From assembly GCA_046726415.1 (NCBI GenBank), contig JBKPAK010000331.1:1-16844 (forward strand): DNA of 16,844 nucleotides. Direction: 5' to 3'. This document shows, one piece after another, positions 8,893 to 16,655 of the stretch (its first letter is position 1; every line of letters begins with the position of its first letter). This DNA comes from Candidatus Methylomirabilota bacterium. Its GTDB lineage: Bacteria; Methylomirabilota; Methylomirabilia; Rokubacteriales; CSP1-6. Below the pieces are notes generated by a model. That model did not search any database. It had not been told where the DNA came from and saw nothing but the letters and a program-made list of their open reading frames with translations. The translations under genes were made by a program, and so were the position numbers.

Positions 8893-8980
8893 CTCGAGGC
8901 GGAGCCGTGCCGACCGTCCGCGCCTAAGCTGCTCTTTGCCGAAGCCGTGCCTTGTCTAGACAGTGTCGGTACCGCGACGG

Positions 8981-9009
8981 TTGCAGACCGCGGGGCTCTC
9001 AAGTATGTT
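8981..9009 (+). promoter_or_regulatory. Sigma70-type promoter for the globin gene
   Basis: TTGCAG, 17 nt, TATGTT, ending 66 nt before the ATG. Confidence 0.45.
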
Positions 9010-9075
9010 CCTGCCCTACCCGACGCTGGGGCCCTCGAGCGAGCCGGCGTTCGCCTCCAGCTCCGAGGAGGATCC

Positions 9076-9453
9076 ATGACGGACGAAGCAGCGACCCTCT
9101 ACGCGCGCCTCGGTGGCTACGACGCCATCGCCGCGGTGGCCGACGATCTGCTACCCCGCCTGATGTCGGATCCCCTGCTCGCGCGCTTCTGGACCAACCG
9201 CGCCGCAGACAGCCTCCGCCGCGAAAAGCAGCTGCTGATCGACTTTCTGTGCTCGAGCGCGGGCGGCCCGCTCTACTACACGGGCCGTGACATGGTGACG
9301 TCCCACAAGGGGATGGGCGTCACAGCGCGAGACTGGGACACCTTCATCGGCCACGTTCACACCACGCTGAACAAGTTCGGAGTCCCTGCCCGGGAGCGCG
9401 GGCAAGTTCTCGGCTTCATCGAAGGCCTGAAGGCGGACATCGTCGAAGGCTGA
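9076..9453 (+). CDS. Group 1 truncated (2/2) hemoglobin
   Basis: 125 aa with TLYARLGG, FLCSSAGGPLYYTGRDM and proximal His in MVTSHKGM. GAGGAGG RBS. Confidence 0.92.
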   Translation: MTDEAATLYARLGGYDAIAAVADDLLPRLMSDPLLARFWTNRAADSLRREKQLLIDFLCSSAGGPLYYTGRDMVTSHKGMGVTARDWDTFIGHVHTTLNKFGVPARERGQVLGFIEGLKADIVEG

Positions 9454-9464
9454 CGGGTCCGCCC

Positions 9465-10520
9465 TCACCGGGGCAGGCGGTCGAGAAATGCCCGGAGGGC
9501 GGGAGCCCATTTTGCGCAGTCGGCACCGGCGGCCAGGTGGCCGAAGTCGCTGTCCAGCTCGACGTACGTGGCGTCCACGCCAGCTGCGGCCAGCTTGCCC
9601 ATCACGTCCGGAGCCAGCGACGGAGGGAACAGCACGTCCGTGCGCGACAGGACGTAGAGGACCTTGGCGCGGATCTTCGCCAGATGGCGCTCGGCGTCGA
9701 AGTGCAGCCGCGCCTTGCGCAGGGTCACCAGCGAGTTCGGATCGAACTGACGCACCCACCGCTCAGCCATCTCGCGCATCCGGGCCTCGCGGGCCCCGGG
9801 GTCCGGGATGGTGCCGGCGAGGATCTCGTTGGTGCCGTAGCGCCTCAACGTTTCCATCCGGAGCGCCGACATGGTCGCGGGGATGCCGCCCCGCTCGTAG
9901 TGCCAGCCGCCGTTCCAGTTGGGGTCGGCGGCGAGCTGAGCGATCAAGGCCTCGAGCGAGGCCTCGCCGCCAGGCCCCGTCGGCGCGGTCACCGTCGCCA
10001 CGATGCCATCCATGAAATCGGGATACGCGATCGCCCACTGGAAGGCCTGAAATCCGCCATACGATTGCCCGGCCACGGCAACCAGATGCCGTACCCCCAG
10101 GCGGTCGAGCAAGACCCGCTGCGCGCGGACGATATCGCCAAGGGTGATGTCCGGGAAGTCGGGACCGTAGGGCCGTCCAGTGGCCGGGTTGGCGCTGCCG
10201 GGGCCGGTAGAGCCGAAGGACGAGCCGAGCATGTTGGACGAGACGACGAAGTAGCGGTCGGTATCGATCGCCTCGGCGGGGCCGATCAGACCCTTCCACC
10301 AGCCGCCGGTCGGATTGTCCGGCGTCGGCGGCCCGGCCGCGTGATGGCTCCCCGTATATCCGTGCGTGACGAGAATGGCGTTGGCGCCGTCGGCGGCGAG
10401 GTGCCCATAGGTGTTGAAGGCGAGGGTCATCTCCGTCAGGGTCCTGCCGCGCTCCAGGGCGAAGTTGTGCGAGGTGAAGCGGCGATCCATGACGGCGTTC
10501 AGTTCGGCGAGCGTGACCAT
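9465..10520 (-). CDS. Homoserine O-acetyltransferase (MetX)-like alpha/beta hydrolase
   Basis: 351 aa with THGYTGSHH, GWWKGLIGP..AIDTDRYFVV, GSTGP, FPDITLGDIV, GQSYGG, DVLFPP and SDFGHLA. GAAGGAGG RBS before ATG 10520. Confidence 0.85.
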   Translation of the reverse strand: MVTLAELNAVMDRRFTSHNFALERGRTLTEMTLAFNTYGHLAADGANAILVTHGYTGSHHAAGPPTPDNPTGGWWKGLIGPAEAIDTDRYFVVSSNMLGSSFGSTGPGSANPATGRPYGPDFPDITLGDIVRAQRVLLDRLGVRHLVAVAGQSYGGFQAFQWAIAYPDFMDGIVATVTAPTGPGGEASLEALIAQLAADPNWNGGWHYERGGIPATMSALRMETLRRYGTNEILAGTIPDPGAREARMREMAERWVRQFDPNSLVTLRKARLHFDAERHLAKIRAKVLYVLSRTDVLFPPSLAPDVMGKLAAAGVDATYVELDSDFGHLAAGADCAKWAPALRAFLDRLPR

Positions 10521-10705
10521 CTCGAGCCTCCTTCGGCTGTGGCCCGGCAATCTCCGCGCGATCCCGAGGGGTCTCGAACGGGGCCATCCCAGACATCGCC
10601 GGCGCTGATTTGGTGCGCGGGCACGTAGTAGATGGGGATGGGCCACGCTGCCGCGGCCGGCGCCTGACGGAACAAGGGATTGCCCGGAAGGGCAACCCAC
10701 ACTTT

Positions 10706-11305
10706 TCACCCCGCACCCTGGGCGCACTCGCGATAGTCGCCGTAGTTCGACATACTCGGCGGCCACTGGGCATCGCTGCCGCCGATGCGGACGTAGAGGG
10801 CACCGTGCCGGCCGGAGTCCTGGTTGCGGAAGGCCTCATCCGTCTCGCAGATCGCCCACACACCCCAGTCGGGATTCTTGAAATCGGCCCACCCGCTCAG
10901 CCCGTCACGGTGGTTGATCACGATGTCGGCCACGGGCTCCACGCCATGGCTCAGCAACTCGACGAGCATCGCGCGGTGCTCGTCGAGGGATCCGTAGCTG
11001 TTGTCCAGCCGGAAGTACTCCCTGGGGTTGTAGCCCGCGCTGAGCCCGCCAGCAAACGAGGGGGGTGGCAGCCAGATCAGGTCGAACCGCCCGTCCCGGA
11101 TGGTGGCGGCGTTGTCGCGCACGATTTGATACCAGCGCTTGTCCCCGAAGCCCGGGAGATGGCCGTGGCGGTACGACTCCCAGTAGAAGCCCTGGAGCAT
11201 GACGCGATCGTCATCGAATCCCGCCTGGGCCGCGGCGAGCCCGCAGCTCGCCAGCATGAGCGCAACCGCGATCGCGAAGGCGCGGATCGGGACTGTGGAC
11301 TTCAT
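10706..11305 (-). pseudogene. Secreted GH13 alpha-amylase with catalytic core deleted
   Basis: AGGAGGT RBS, signal peptide, VMLQGFYWES, IWLPPPS, GYNP and region I VADIVINH. At about 10811 it jumps to C-terminal-domain-like RHGALYVRIGG. TGA 10706-10708 is followed in frame by KVWVALPGNP. Conserved regions II-IV are not visible. Confidence 0.8.
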
Positions 11306-11356
11306 GGGCCACCTCCTCGACCGTGGTTTCGGCAACGTGCCGCGCCGCCGTCGCAC

Positions 11357-11406
11357 GATCGAGGCGAGCACCCGTCCGCGCGAACGGGTGCCCGCTCGCC
11401 TCAATC
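11357..11406 (-). terminator. Long stem-loop downstream of the VOC gene
   Basis: GAGGCGAGC-ACCCGT ... ACGGGT-gccc-GCTCGCCTC inverted repeat. No U-tract. Confidence 0.45.
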
Positions 11407-11425
11407 CGGGGGGCGGCTCGGCGGA

Positions 11426-11941
11426 CTACCTCGCCATGGCCGCCGGGGAGGGCTGGCGGAGAACCTCGTCCCAGGGCCCGGGGAACCTGCCTTTCTGGCC
11501 CTCTCCCGAGAATGGCCGCTCGCGGTGCCACTGGCTGCGGGGCAGCTCGTAGTAGACCTCGAGGCCGTTCCCGTCGGGATCCGAAAAGTAGACGCCGATG
11601 GAGACGGTGTGATCGGCCACGCGAATCGGTACGTCCTTGTCCTTCAGCCGCTGGTACATCTCCTTCAGGTCATCGAGGCTCGCCATCTTCCAGGCGACGT
11701 GGTTGAGGCCAACCTGCCCTTTCTCCTGTCCGGGGGCGTCCTCGCCCACCTCGAACAGCGCGATATCGTGCGCGTGATCCGGATCAGCCGAGAGGAAGAC
11801 GGCTCGCAGCTTTCCCGTCTCCGGGAACGTCATGGTGTCCTGGGTATGTAGCCCGAAGACGTCCGTGTACCAACGGTGGGAGCGCTCGGCGTTGCGCACG
11901 AAGATATTGACGTGGTCGAGCGATACGGGTTTGTGGGTCAT
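11426..11941 (-). CDS. VOC family protein (glyoxalase / extradiol dioxygenase-like)
   Basis: 171 aa with LDHVNIFV, HAHDIALF, GLNHVAW and YFSDPDGNGLEV. GGAGGA RBS. Confidence 0.9.
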   Translation of the reverse strand: MTHKPVSLDHVNIFVRNAERSHRWYTDVFGLHTQDTMTFPETGKLRAVFLSADPDHAHDIALFEVGEDAPGQEKGQVGLNHVAWKMASLDDLKEMYQRLKDKDVPIRVADHTVSIGVYFSDPDGNGLEVYYELPRSQWHRERPFSGEGQKGRFPGPWDEVLRQPSPAAMAR

Positions 11942-12106
11942 GTGTTCCTCCGCGTTGATTGTGGCAGCAGATCATCGACGAGGCGCCCGGCCGGCGCGGC
12001 CAGTGGCGTGACGATCTCGCCCCGGCGCAGGACCTGCGTCTCGGCGCACCCAGCCAAAGCGGGTCACCTTCGAGAGTGTGGGCCGGCGGTACCACGAGGT
12101 GGCCAT
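11938..12106 (-). pseudogene. Uma2 (DUF820) family endonuclease remnant
   Basis: ATG 12106 gives MATSW-YRRPTLSKVTRFGWV, then after a frameshift AETQVLRRGEIVTPLAAPAGRLVDDLLP. This resembles the Uma2 C-terminus (YR.P.....FGW.Y......V.PLAAP....V.DLLP). Confidence 0.6.
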
Positions 12107-12113
12107 TGCCGAG

Positions 12114-12142
12114 AGCGTAGTCGTTGCGTCCTGACTCGTCAA
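12114..12142 (-). promoter_or_regulatory. Sigma70-type promoter, leaderless start at 12106
   Basis: TTGACG (12142-12137), 17 nt, TACGCT (12119-12114), 7 nt, ATG. Confidence 0.65.
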
Positions 12143-12168
12143 TGTCTCGGCGGTGGGACGCTCGTCCG

Positions 12169-12197
12169 GGAGCGCCCCGGCGGAGCCGGGACGCTCC
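12169..12197 (-). terminator. Stem-loop after the distal dctP
   Basis: GGAGCGTCCCGG ... CCGGGGCGCTCC hairpin 13 nt after the TAA stop. Confidence 0.5.
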
Positions 12198-12210
12198 TCG
12201 GGATTCTCAG

Positions 12211-13338
12211 TTACTTCTTCCAGTAGTGCGCGACCACCATCTCGATCGGCGGGCGGATCTTCTGGGCGTGGGGCACCGCCCGCTGGGCGAACTCTTTCTG
12301 CGACTTGAGCACCTTGGCGAAGAAGGGGTTCTTCTGGGCTTCGACCTCGTACACCTTGTCGATGGCCACCACCTGGGCTCTGAGGATGTCGTCGGGCGTC
12401 TTCTTGATCTGCACGCCGTGCTTCTTCTCCAGATCCTCGGCCGCCTTGCTGTCGAGGTCGACACTGTAGGCGGTCATGCGGATGATCTCCGCCATGCCGG
12501 CCCACTTGACGATCGCCTTGAGATCGGCCGGCAGCTCCTCCCACTTCTTCTTGTTGATCACCACTTCCTGGTAGGAAGCCGGCTGGCGCAGGTCCGGCAT
12601 GTAGTAGTACTTGGTGACGTTCTGGAAGCCCATGATGATGTCGTGGCTGGGGATGGCCCACTCCGCCCCTTCCACCGCCCCGCGCTCCAGCGCCGGGATG
12701 ACCTCTCCGCCGGCCAGGGTTACCACGGAGATGCCCATCGTCCTCATCATCTCCATGCCCAGACCGGACGTCCGGAACCGCATCTTGCGCAGGTCGTCGA
12801 GGCTGTTGAAGGGCTTCTTGAACCAGCCCAGCGGCTCCCAGTACGGCAGGCTCGTGGTGAAGACGGGCACCACCACGTTCATCTTCAGCTCTTTCTGGAG
12901 CAGCTCGTTGTACAGCTCGAGACCGCCGCCGGCGAAGAGCCAGGAGAGGTACTCTTCGCGATCCATGCCGAACGGCCCGCCCGGCCCCGGCGAGAACAGG
13001 CCGGCCGCCGAGTTCTTGCCCGCCCAGTACCCGGGCCAGGCGTGGGTGGCATCGATGAGGCCGCGGTTGACCGCGTCGAGCACCTCGAATGTCCCGACCA
13101 CCGTGCCGGCGGCCGACATCTCCCACTTCAGGCGCCCGCCCGACATCTCCTCCACCATTTTGGCCAGTTCGACCGCAGACACGTGCAGGAGGTTGGTGGC
13201 CGGCCAGGCGCTCTGCACCTTCCATACGATCTTTTGCTGCGCACTGGCCGATCCCGGCCCGTGCCAGAGGACACCGGCGAGGACCAACACCGGCAGGGCA
13301 AAGGCGATCCAGATGGCGACGATTGTCCTTGGTCTCAT
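12211..13338 (-). CDS. dctP: TRAP transporter substrate-binding protein (TakP/FcbT1-like)
   Basis: 375 aa with signal peptide, WKVQSAWP, EMSGGRL, LGWFKKP, RFRTSG and GGEVIPALERGAVEGAEW. GAGGAGG RBS. Confidence 0.93.
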   Translation of the reverse strand: MRPRTIVAIWIAFALPVLVLAGVLWHGPGSASAQQKIVWKVQSAWPATNLLHVSAVELAKMVEEMSGGRLKWEMSAAGTVVGTFEVLDAVNRGLIDATHAWPGYWAGKNSAAGLFSPGPGGPFGMDREEYLSWLFAGGGLELYNELLQKELKMNVVVPVFTTSLPYWEPLGWFKKPFNSLDDLRKMRFRTSGLGMEMMRTMGISVVTLAGGEVIPALERGAVEGAEWAIPSHDIIMGFQNVTKYYYMPDLRQPASYQEVVINKKKWEELPADLKAIVKWAGMAEIIRMTAYSVDLDSKAAEDLEKKHGVQIKKTPDDILRAQVVAIDKVYEVEAQKNPFFAKVLKSQKEFAQRAVPHAQKIRPPIEMVVAHYWKK

Positions 13339-13389
13339 GGCTGATCCCTCCTCGATGGGTTGGGCGTTGAGGACGGGTCGATCACGCGA

Positions 13390-14709
13390 CTACTTGCCAA
13401 AGAGCCAATGCGGGAACCACAGCGAGATCGCCGGGAACGCAATGCAGAGGGCCAGGCCGATGAGCTGGAGCACCATGAACTGGCCCATGCCCCGGTAAAT
13501 GTCCCTGAGCTCCCAGTTCGGCGCCACCCCCTTGAGGTAGTAGGCCGACATCGCGACGGGCGGCGAGAGGAAGGCCGTCTGGAGGTTCACGGCGATCAGC
13601 GTGGCGAACCACAGCATGTCGATCTTCATCGGCGCGATGATCGGCTGCATCAGCGGCACGAAGACGAGAATGATCACCGGCCATTCGAAGGGCCAGCCGA
13701 GCAGGAAGACGAGGACCATGATGATGGTCAGCATCGCAACCGGCGGCATCTGCCAGGCGAGCAGCGCGTTGGTGGCCACCGTCGCGGTCCCCAGCCGCGA
13801 GAACACGGCGCCGAACACGTTGCCCGCGACGGCCAGGAACAGGACCGTGCTGGACTGGAGCAGCGTGTTGTAGACCGCGTCCTTGAGCCGCTGCCACGTG
13901 AACTCCCTGTACACGACGGCCAGGAACGCGGCGCCGACGACGCCCATGGCCGCCGCTTCGGTGGGCGTTGCCCAGCCCCAGATGATGGTCCCGAGGGTGG
14001 CGATGATCAGGATGGCGTGCGGCAGCATCCCCATCGTCAGCTCGATGGCGATCTCCCTGAGGCTTCCGGCTCGCTCCTCGGGCGGCAGCGGCGGCCCCAG
14101 CTTCGGGTTGATGAGGCTGCGGATCAGCGTGTACGCGATGAAGATGCCGGCCAGGAGGAATCCGGGACCGAAGCACGACGCATAGAGCTCGGCGACCGAG
14201 ACGCCCATGACCGGCCCCATCACCACCAGCATGACGCTCGGGGGGACCAGGATCCCGAGCGTTCCGCCAGCGGTGATGGCCCCCGCCGACATCGGGATGT
14301 TGTAGCCGGCCTTCGTCATGATCGGCACTGCCATGATGCCCATCAGCACCACCGTCGCCCCCACCGTGCCGGCGGCGATACCGAAGATGGTGGCAGTGAT
14401 CAGGACGCCCACGTACAGCGAGCCCGGCACCGGGCCCATCATGAGTTGGAATCCCTTGAACAGGCGCTCCATGAGCCCGCCTTGCTCCATCAAGTAGCCC
14501 ATGAAGATGAACAATGGCACGGCCGCCAGCACCTCCTCCTTCATGAGCCCGATCGTCTGGAACACCATGATGTAGAACGCCCGGTCCCCGAGCCCGAGCC
14601 AGCCGAAGATCAACGCGAGGAGCAGCAGCGTGAACGAGATGGGGAAGCCGATGAAGATGGCGCCGAGCATGACGACCAGCATGATGGCGCCCAGCAGTTC
14701 GGGACTCAT
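13390..14709 (-). CDS. dctM: TRAP transporter large permease
   Basis: 439 aa hydrophobic protein with AVPLFIFMG, GGTLGILVPPS, ATPTEAAA and NLQTAFLSPP. ATG overlaps the dctQ stop (ATGA 14709-14706). Confidence 0.93.
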   Translation of the reverse strand: MSPELLGAIMLVVMLGAIFIGFPISFTLLLLALIFGWLGLGDRAFYIMVFQTIGLMKEEVLAAVPLFIFMGYLMEQGGLMERLFKGFQLMMGPVPGSLYVGVLITATIFGIAAGTVGATVVLMGIMAVPIMTKAGYNIPMSAGAITAGGTLGILVPPSVMLVVMGPVMGVSVAELYASCFGPGFLLAGIFIAYTLIRSLINPKLGPPLPPEERAGSLREIAIELTMGMLPHAILIIATLGTIIWGWATPTEAAAMGVVGAAFLAVVYREFTWQRLKDAVYNTLLQSSTVLFLAVAGNVFGAVFSRLGTATVATNALLAWQMPPVAMLTIIMVLVFLLGWPFEWPVIILVFVPLMQPIIAPMKIDMLWFATLIAVNLQTAFLSPPVAMSAYYLKGVAPNWELRDIYRGMGQFMVLQLIGLALCIAFPAISLWFPHWLFGK

Positions 14710-15290
14710 CCGATCTCTATGGCCTCCCGTTTGGCCCACAGCCGTCCCGTCCGGATGGCGTAGAGGCTCTTGAGGAACTCCGCGATGCCCTGAACGAGCA
14801 GGAGGAGCGCGGTCAGCGGGATGACGGTTTTGAACGGGTAGACGATCGGGCGCCAGGGGCTCGCATCCGAGGTTTCGCCGATCGCCCACGCGTGAAAAGA
14901 CTCCTGCCACCCGAAATAGAACAGGAGGATCATCGCCGGGAAGAAGAAGAAGAGGTAGCCGATCGCGTCGACCAGGTTCTGGCGACGGATGGACCACCCC
15001 TGGTAGAGCATGTCGGTGCGGACGTGCCCTATCCGCATGAGGGTGTAGGCCGTTCCCAGCATGAAGTGGGTGCCGTACAGCATGTACGTCACGTCGAACG
15101 CCCAGATCGTCGGGGCGCGGAAGAAGTGGCGGGCCACGACCTCCCAGGTGACCGCGATGGTCATCGGCACGATGAGCCAGGCCACGGGCTTACCCGACCA
15201 GTTGGCGAACCGGTCGATCATCTGGATGGTGGCCCGGAAGGCCGGCGCCACGTCCCGGTGGTTCTGTGCTACGGGCGCGGCCGTCGCCAC
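14706..15290 (-). CDS. dctQ: TRAP transporter small permease
   Basis: 194 aa with four hydrophobic segments, EVVARHFFRAPTIW and GHVRTD. GGAGGA RBS before GTG. Confidence 0.92.
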   Translation of the reverse strand: MATAAPVAQNHRDVAPAFRATIQMIDRFANWSGKPVAWLIVPMTIAVTWEVVARHFFRAPTIWAFDVTYMLYGTHFMLGTAYTLMRIGHVRTDMLYQGWSIRRQNLVDAIGYLFFFFPAMILLFYFGWQESFHAWAIGETSDASPWRPIVYPFKTVIPLTALLLLVQGIAEFLKSLYAIRTGRLWAKREAIEIG

Positions 15291-15379
15291 ACGGTTCCTC
15301 CGTTCTGGTCGCGGGAGTGGAGCGCCGAGGCCAAGGAGGAGCGAACCCGCGGGAGGGCGGGACTATCCTTTGGCCGTCT

Positions 15380-15412
15380 GGGCGACGGGGCAGGCGCTCG
15401 GCCCCGTCGCCC
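15380..15412 (-). terminator. Perfect 12-bp stem-loop between dctP and dctQ
   Basis: GGGCGACGGGGC (15380-15391), 9-nt loop, GCCCCGTCGCCC (15401-15412). Likely an mRNA-stabilising or attenuating hairpin. Confidence 0.6.
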
Positions 15413-15435
15413 GGTGTGCGGACTCGCCGAGTCTC

Positions 15436-16569
15436 CTACTTCAGCCAGATCTTGTCCTTGTAGTAGTGCTCGCCGATGAAGTTGTAGTTTGGCCAGTACG
15501 AGAGGCGGTAGGGCACCAGCAGCCCGGAGTACTTCTTCTGCGAATCGATCACCTTCCGGTAGAACTCGTCCTTGGCCGCGTCCGCCTGCCAGACCTCGTC
15601 GTACGCCCGCAGGAACGCCTTGTTCAGATCGTCCGTCGTCTTGATGATCTTGACGCCGGAGGCGAGCAGCTCCTGACAGGCCTTCGCCGTCTTCTCCTGG
15701 AACCGGACGAAGTGGTTCCAATACGAGGCCTGGACGGAGGTCTTGACGATCTCCTTCATGTCCGGCGCCAGTGCGTCCCACTTTCCCTTGTTGATGATGA
15801 ACTCTCCCACCGTCGTGGGCTCGTGCATCCCCGGGGCGTAGTGGAACTTGGCCACCTTGTCGATGCCCAGGATCTTGTCATCGTAGCAGTTGATCCACTC
15901 CGCACCGTCGATGGCGCCCCGCTCCAGGGCGGGGACGATCTCGCCGCCGGCGAGCACCACGGCGGGGATGCCGAGCTTGTTGTACACCTCGGCCCCCACT
16001 GCGTAGATGCGATACCGTTGCCCCTTGATGTCAGCGAACGTGCGGATCTCCTTCTTGAACCACCCCATCGCCTGGGGGCCTTCGGGGTGGACCTGGAAGC
16101 TGACCACGTTCATCTTCAAGCGTTGCTGGTACGCCTCATTGAGGAGCTCGTGCCCGCCTCCCTCCCAGTACCACCCGTAGTAATCGATGAAGTCCATCCC
16201 GAAGAGGGGGCCGTGGGTCAGAGGGGCGAAGGCCTTCAGCTTGCCGATGATGTAACCGGGAGTGGTGTGGCCGGCGTCCAGCACGCCGCGGTTCACGGCG
16301 TCCTGGATCTCGAAGGGCGGGACGATGGCGCCCGCGGGCGACAGCTCGATCTGGAGGCGCCCGCCGGAGTTCTTCTGGATCGTCTCCACCAGCAACTTCG
16401 CGGCGTCCTGGACGATGGACGTCGGCGGCCAGGCGCTCTGCACCTTCCATTTGATCGGGGCCTGGGCCGTGGCCATGCCAGGCGCGCTGTAGGAGCCTGC
16501 CAGGAAGGCGAGAAGCGCGATGACGACAGCGAGCGCAATCGCGGACCTCAGGGGCACCATCTTGTGCAT
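15436..16569 (-). CDS. dctP: TRAP transporter substrate-binding protein (TakP/FcbT1-like)
   Basis: Signal peptide, WKVQSAWP, NSGGRL, MGWFKKE, RYRIY and GGEIVPALERGAIDGAEW. GGAGG lies 7 nt before ATG 16569; the ORF extends to 16575. Confidence 0.93.
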   Translation of the reverse strand: MHKMVPLRSAIALAVVIALLAFLAGSYSAPGMATAQAPIKWKVQSAWPPTSIVQDAAKLLVETIQKNSGGRLQIELSPAGAIVPPFEIQDAVNRGVLDAGHTTPGYIIGKLKAFAPLTHGPLFGMDFIDYYGWYWEGGGHELLNEAYQQRLKMNVVSFQVHPEGPQAMGWFKKEIRTFADIKGQRYRIYAVGAEVYNKLGIPAVVLAGGEIVPALERGAIDGAEWINCYDDKILGIDKVAKFHYAPGMHEPTTVGEFIINKGKWDALAPDMKEIVKTSVQASYWNHFVRFQEKTAKACQELLASGVKIIKTTDDLNKAFLRAYDEVWQADAAKDEFYRKVIDSQKKYSGLLVPYRLSYWPNYNFIGEHYYKDKIWLK

Positions 16570-16626
16570 GTGCATCCCTCCGTTGGGAGCGTAGTGAGGT
16601 GTTTGGTGGCTCGGAAAAGTGGCGCG

Positions 16627-16655
16627 AGTCTAGTCAGCCTTCCATAGCTTGTCAA
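16627..16655 (-). promoter_or_regulatory. Sigma70-type promoter of the TRAP operon
   Basis: TTGACA (16655-16650), 17 nt, TAGACT (16632-16627). Confidence 0.75.

Noticed and set aside
2551..10708. In-frame TGA codons (2551, 10706) as selenocysteine or an alternative genetic code
   Set aside because: They fall at probable Gly and Trp positions in genes already broken by deletions, and TGA terminates intact genes here (4208, 4975, 5453, 9451).
2730..12100. Short palindromes at or near the deletion junctions (AGCT, GATC, CCGGCCGG, GGTACC) as a shared recombination site
   Set aside because: They share no consensus, are common in GC-rich DNA, and exact breakpoints are unknown without homolog alignments.
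13201..16450. 25-bp direct repeat as a mobile-element boundary
   Set aside because: Both copies encode WKVQSAWP in paralogous dctP genes.
865..16647. Long antisense or alternate-frame ORFs (865-2229, 2347-3222, 10610-11851, 12124-13344, 13360-14763, 15061-16647 and others)
   Set aside because: They overlap well-supported genes, are Arg/Gly/Pro-rich without motifs, and are expected in high-GC DNA.
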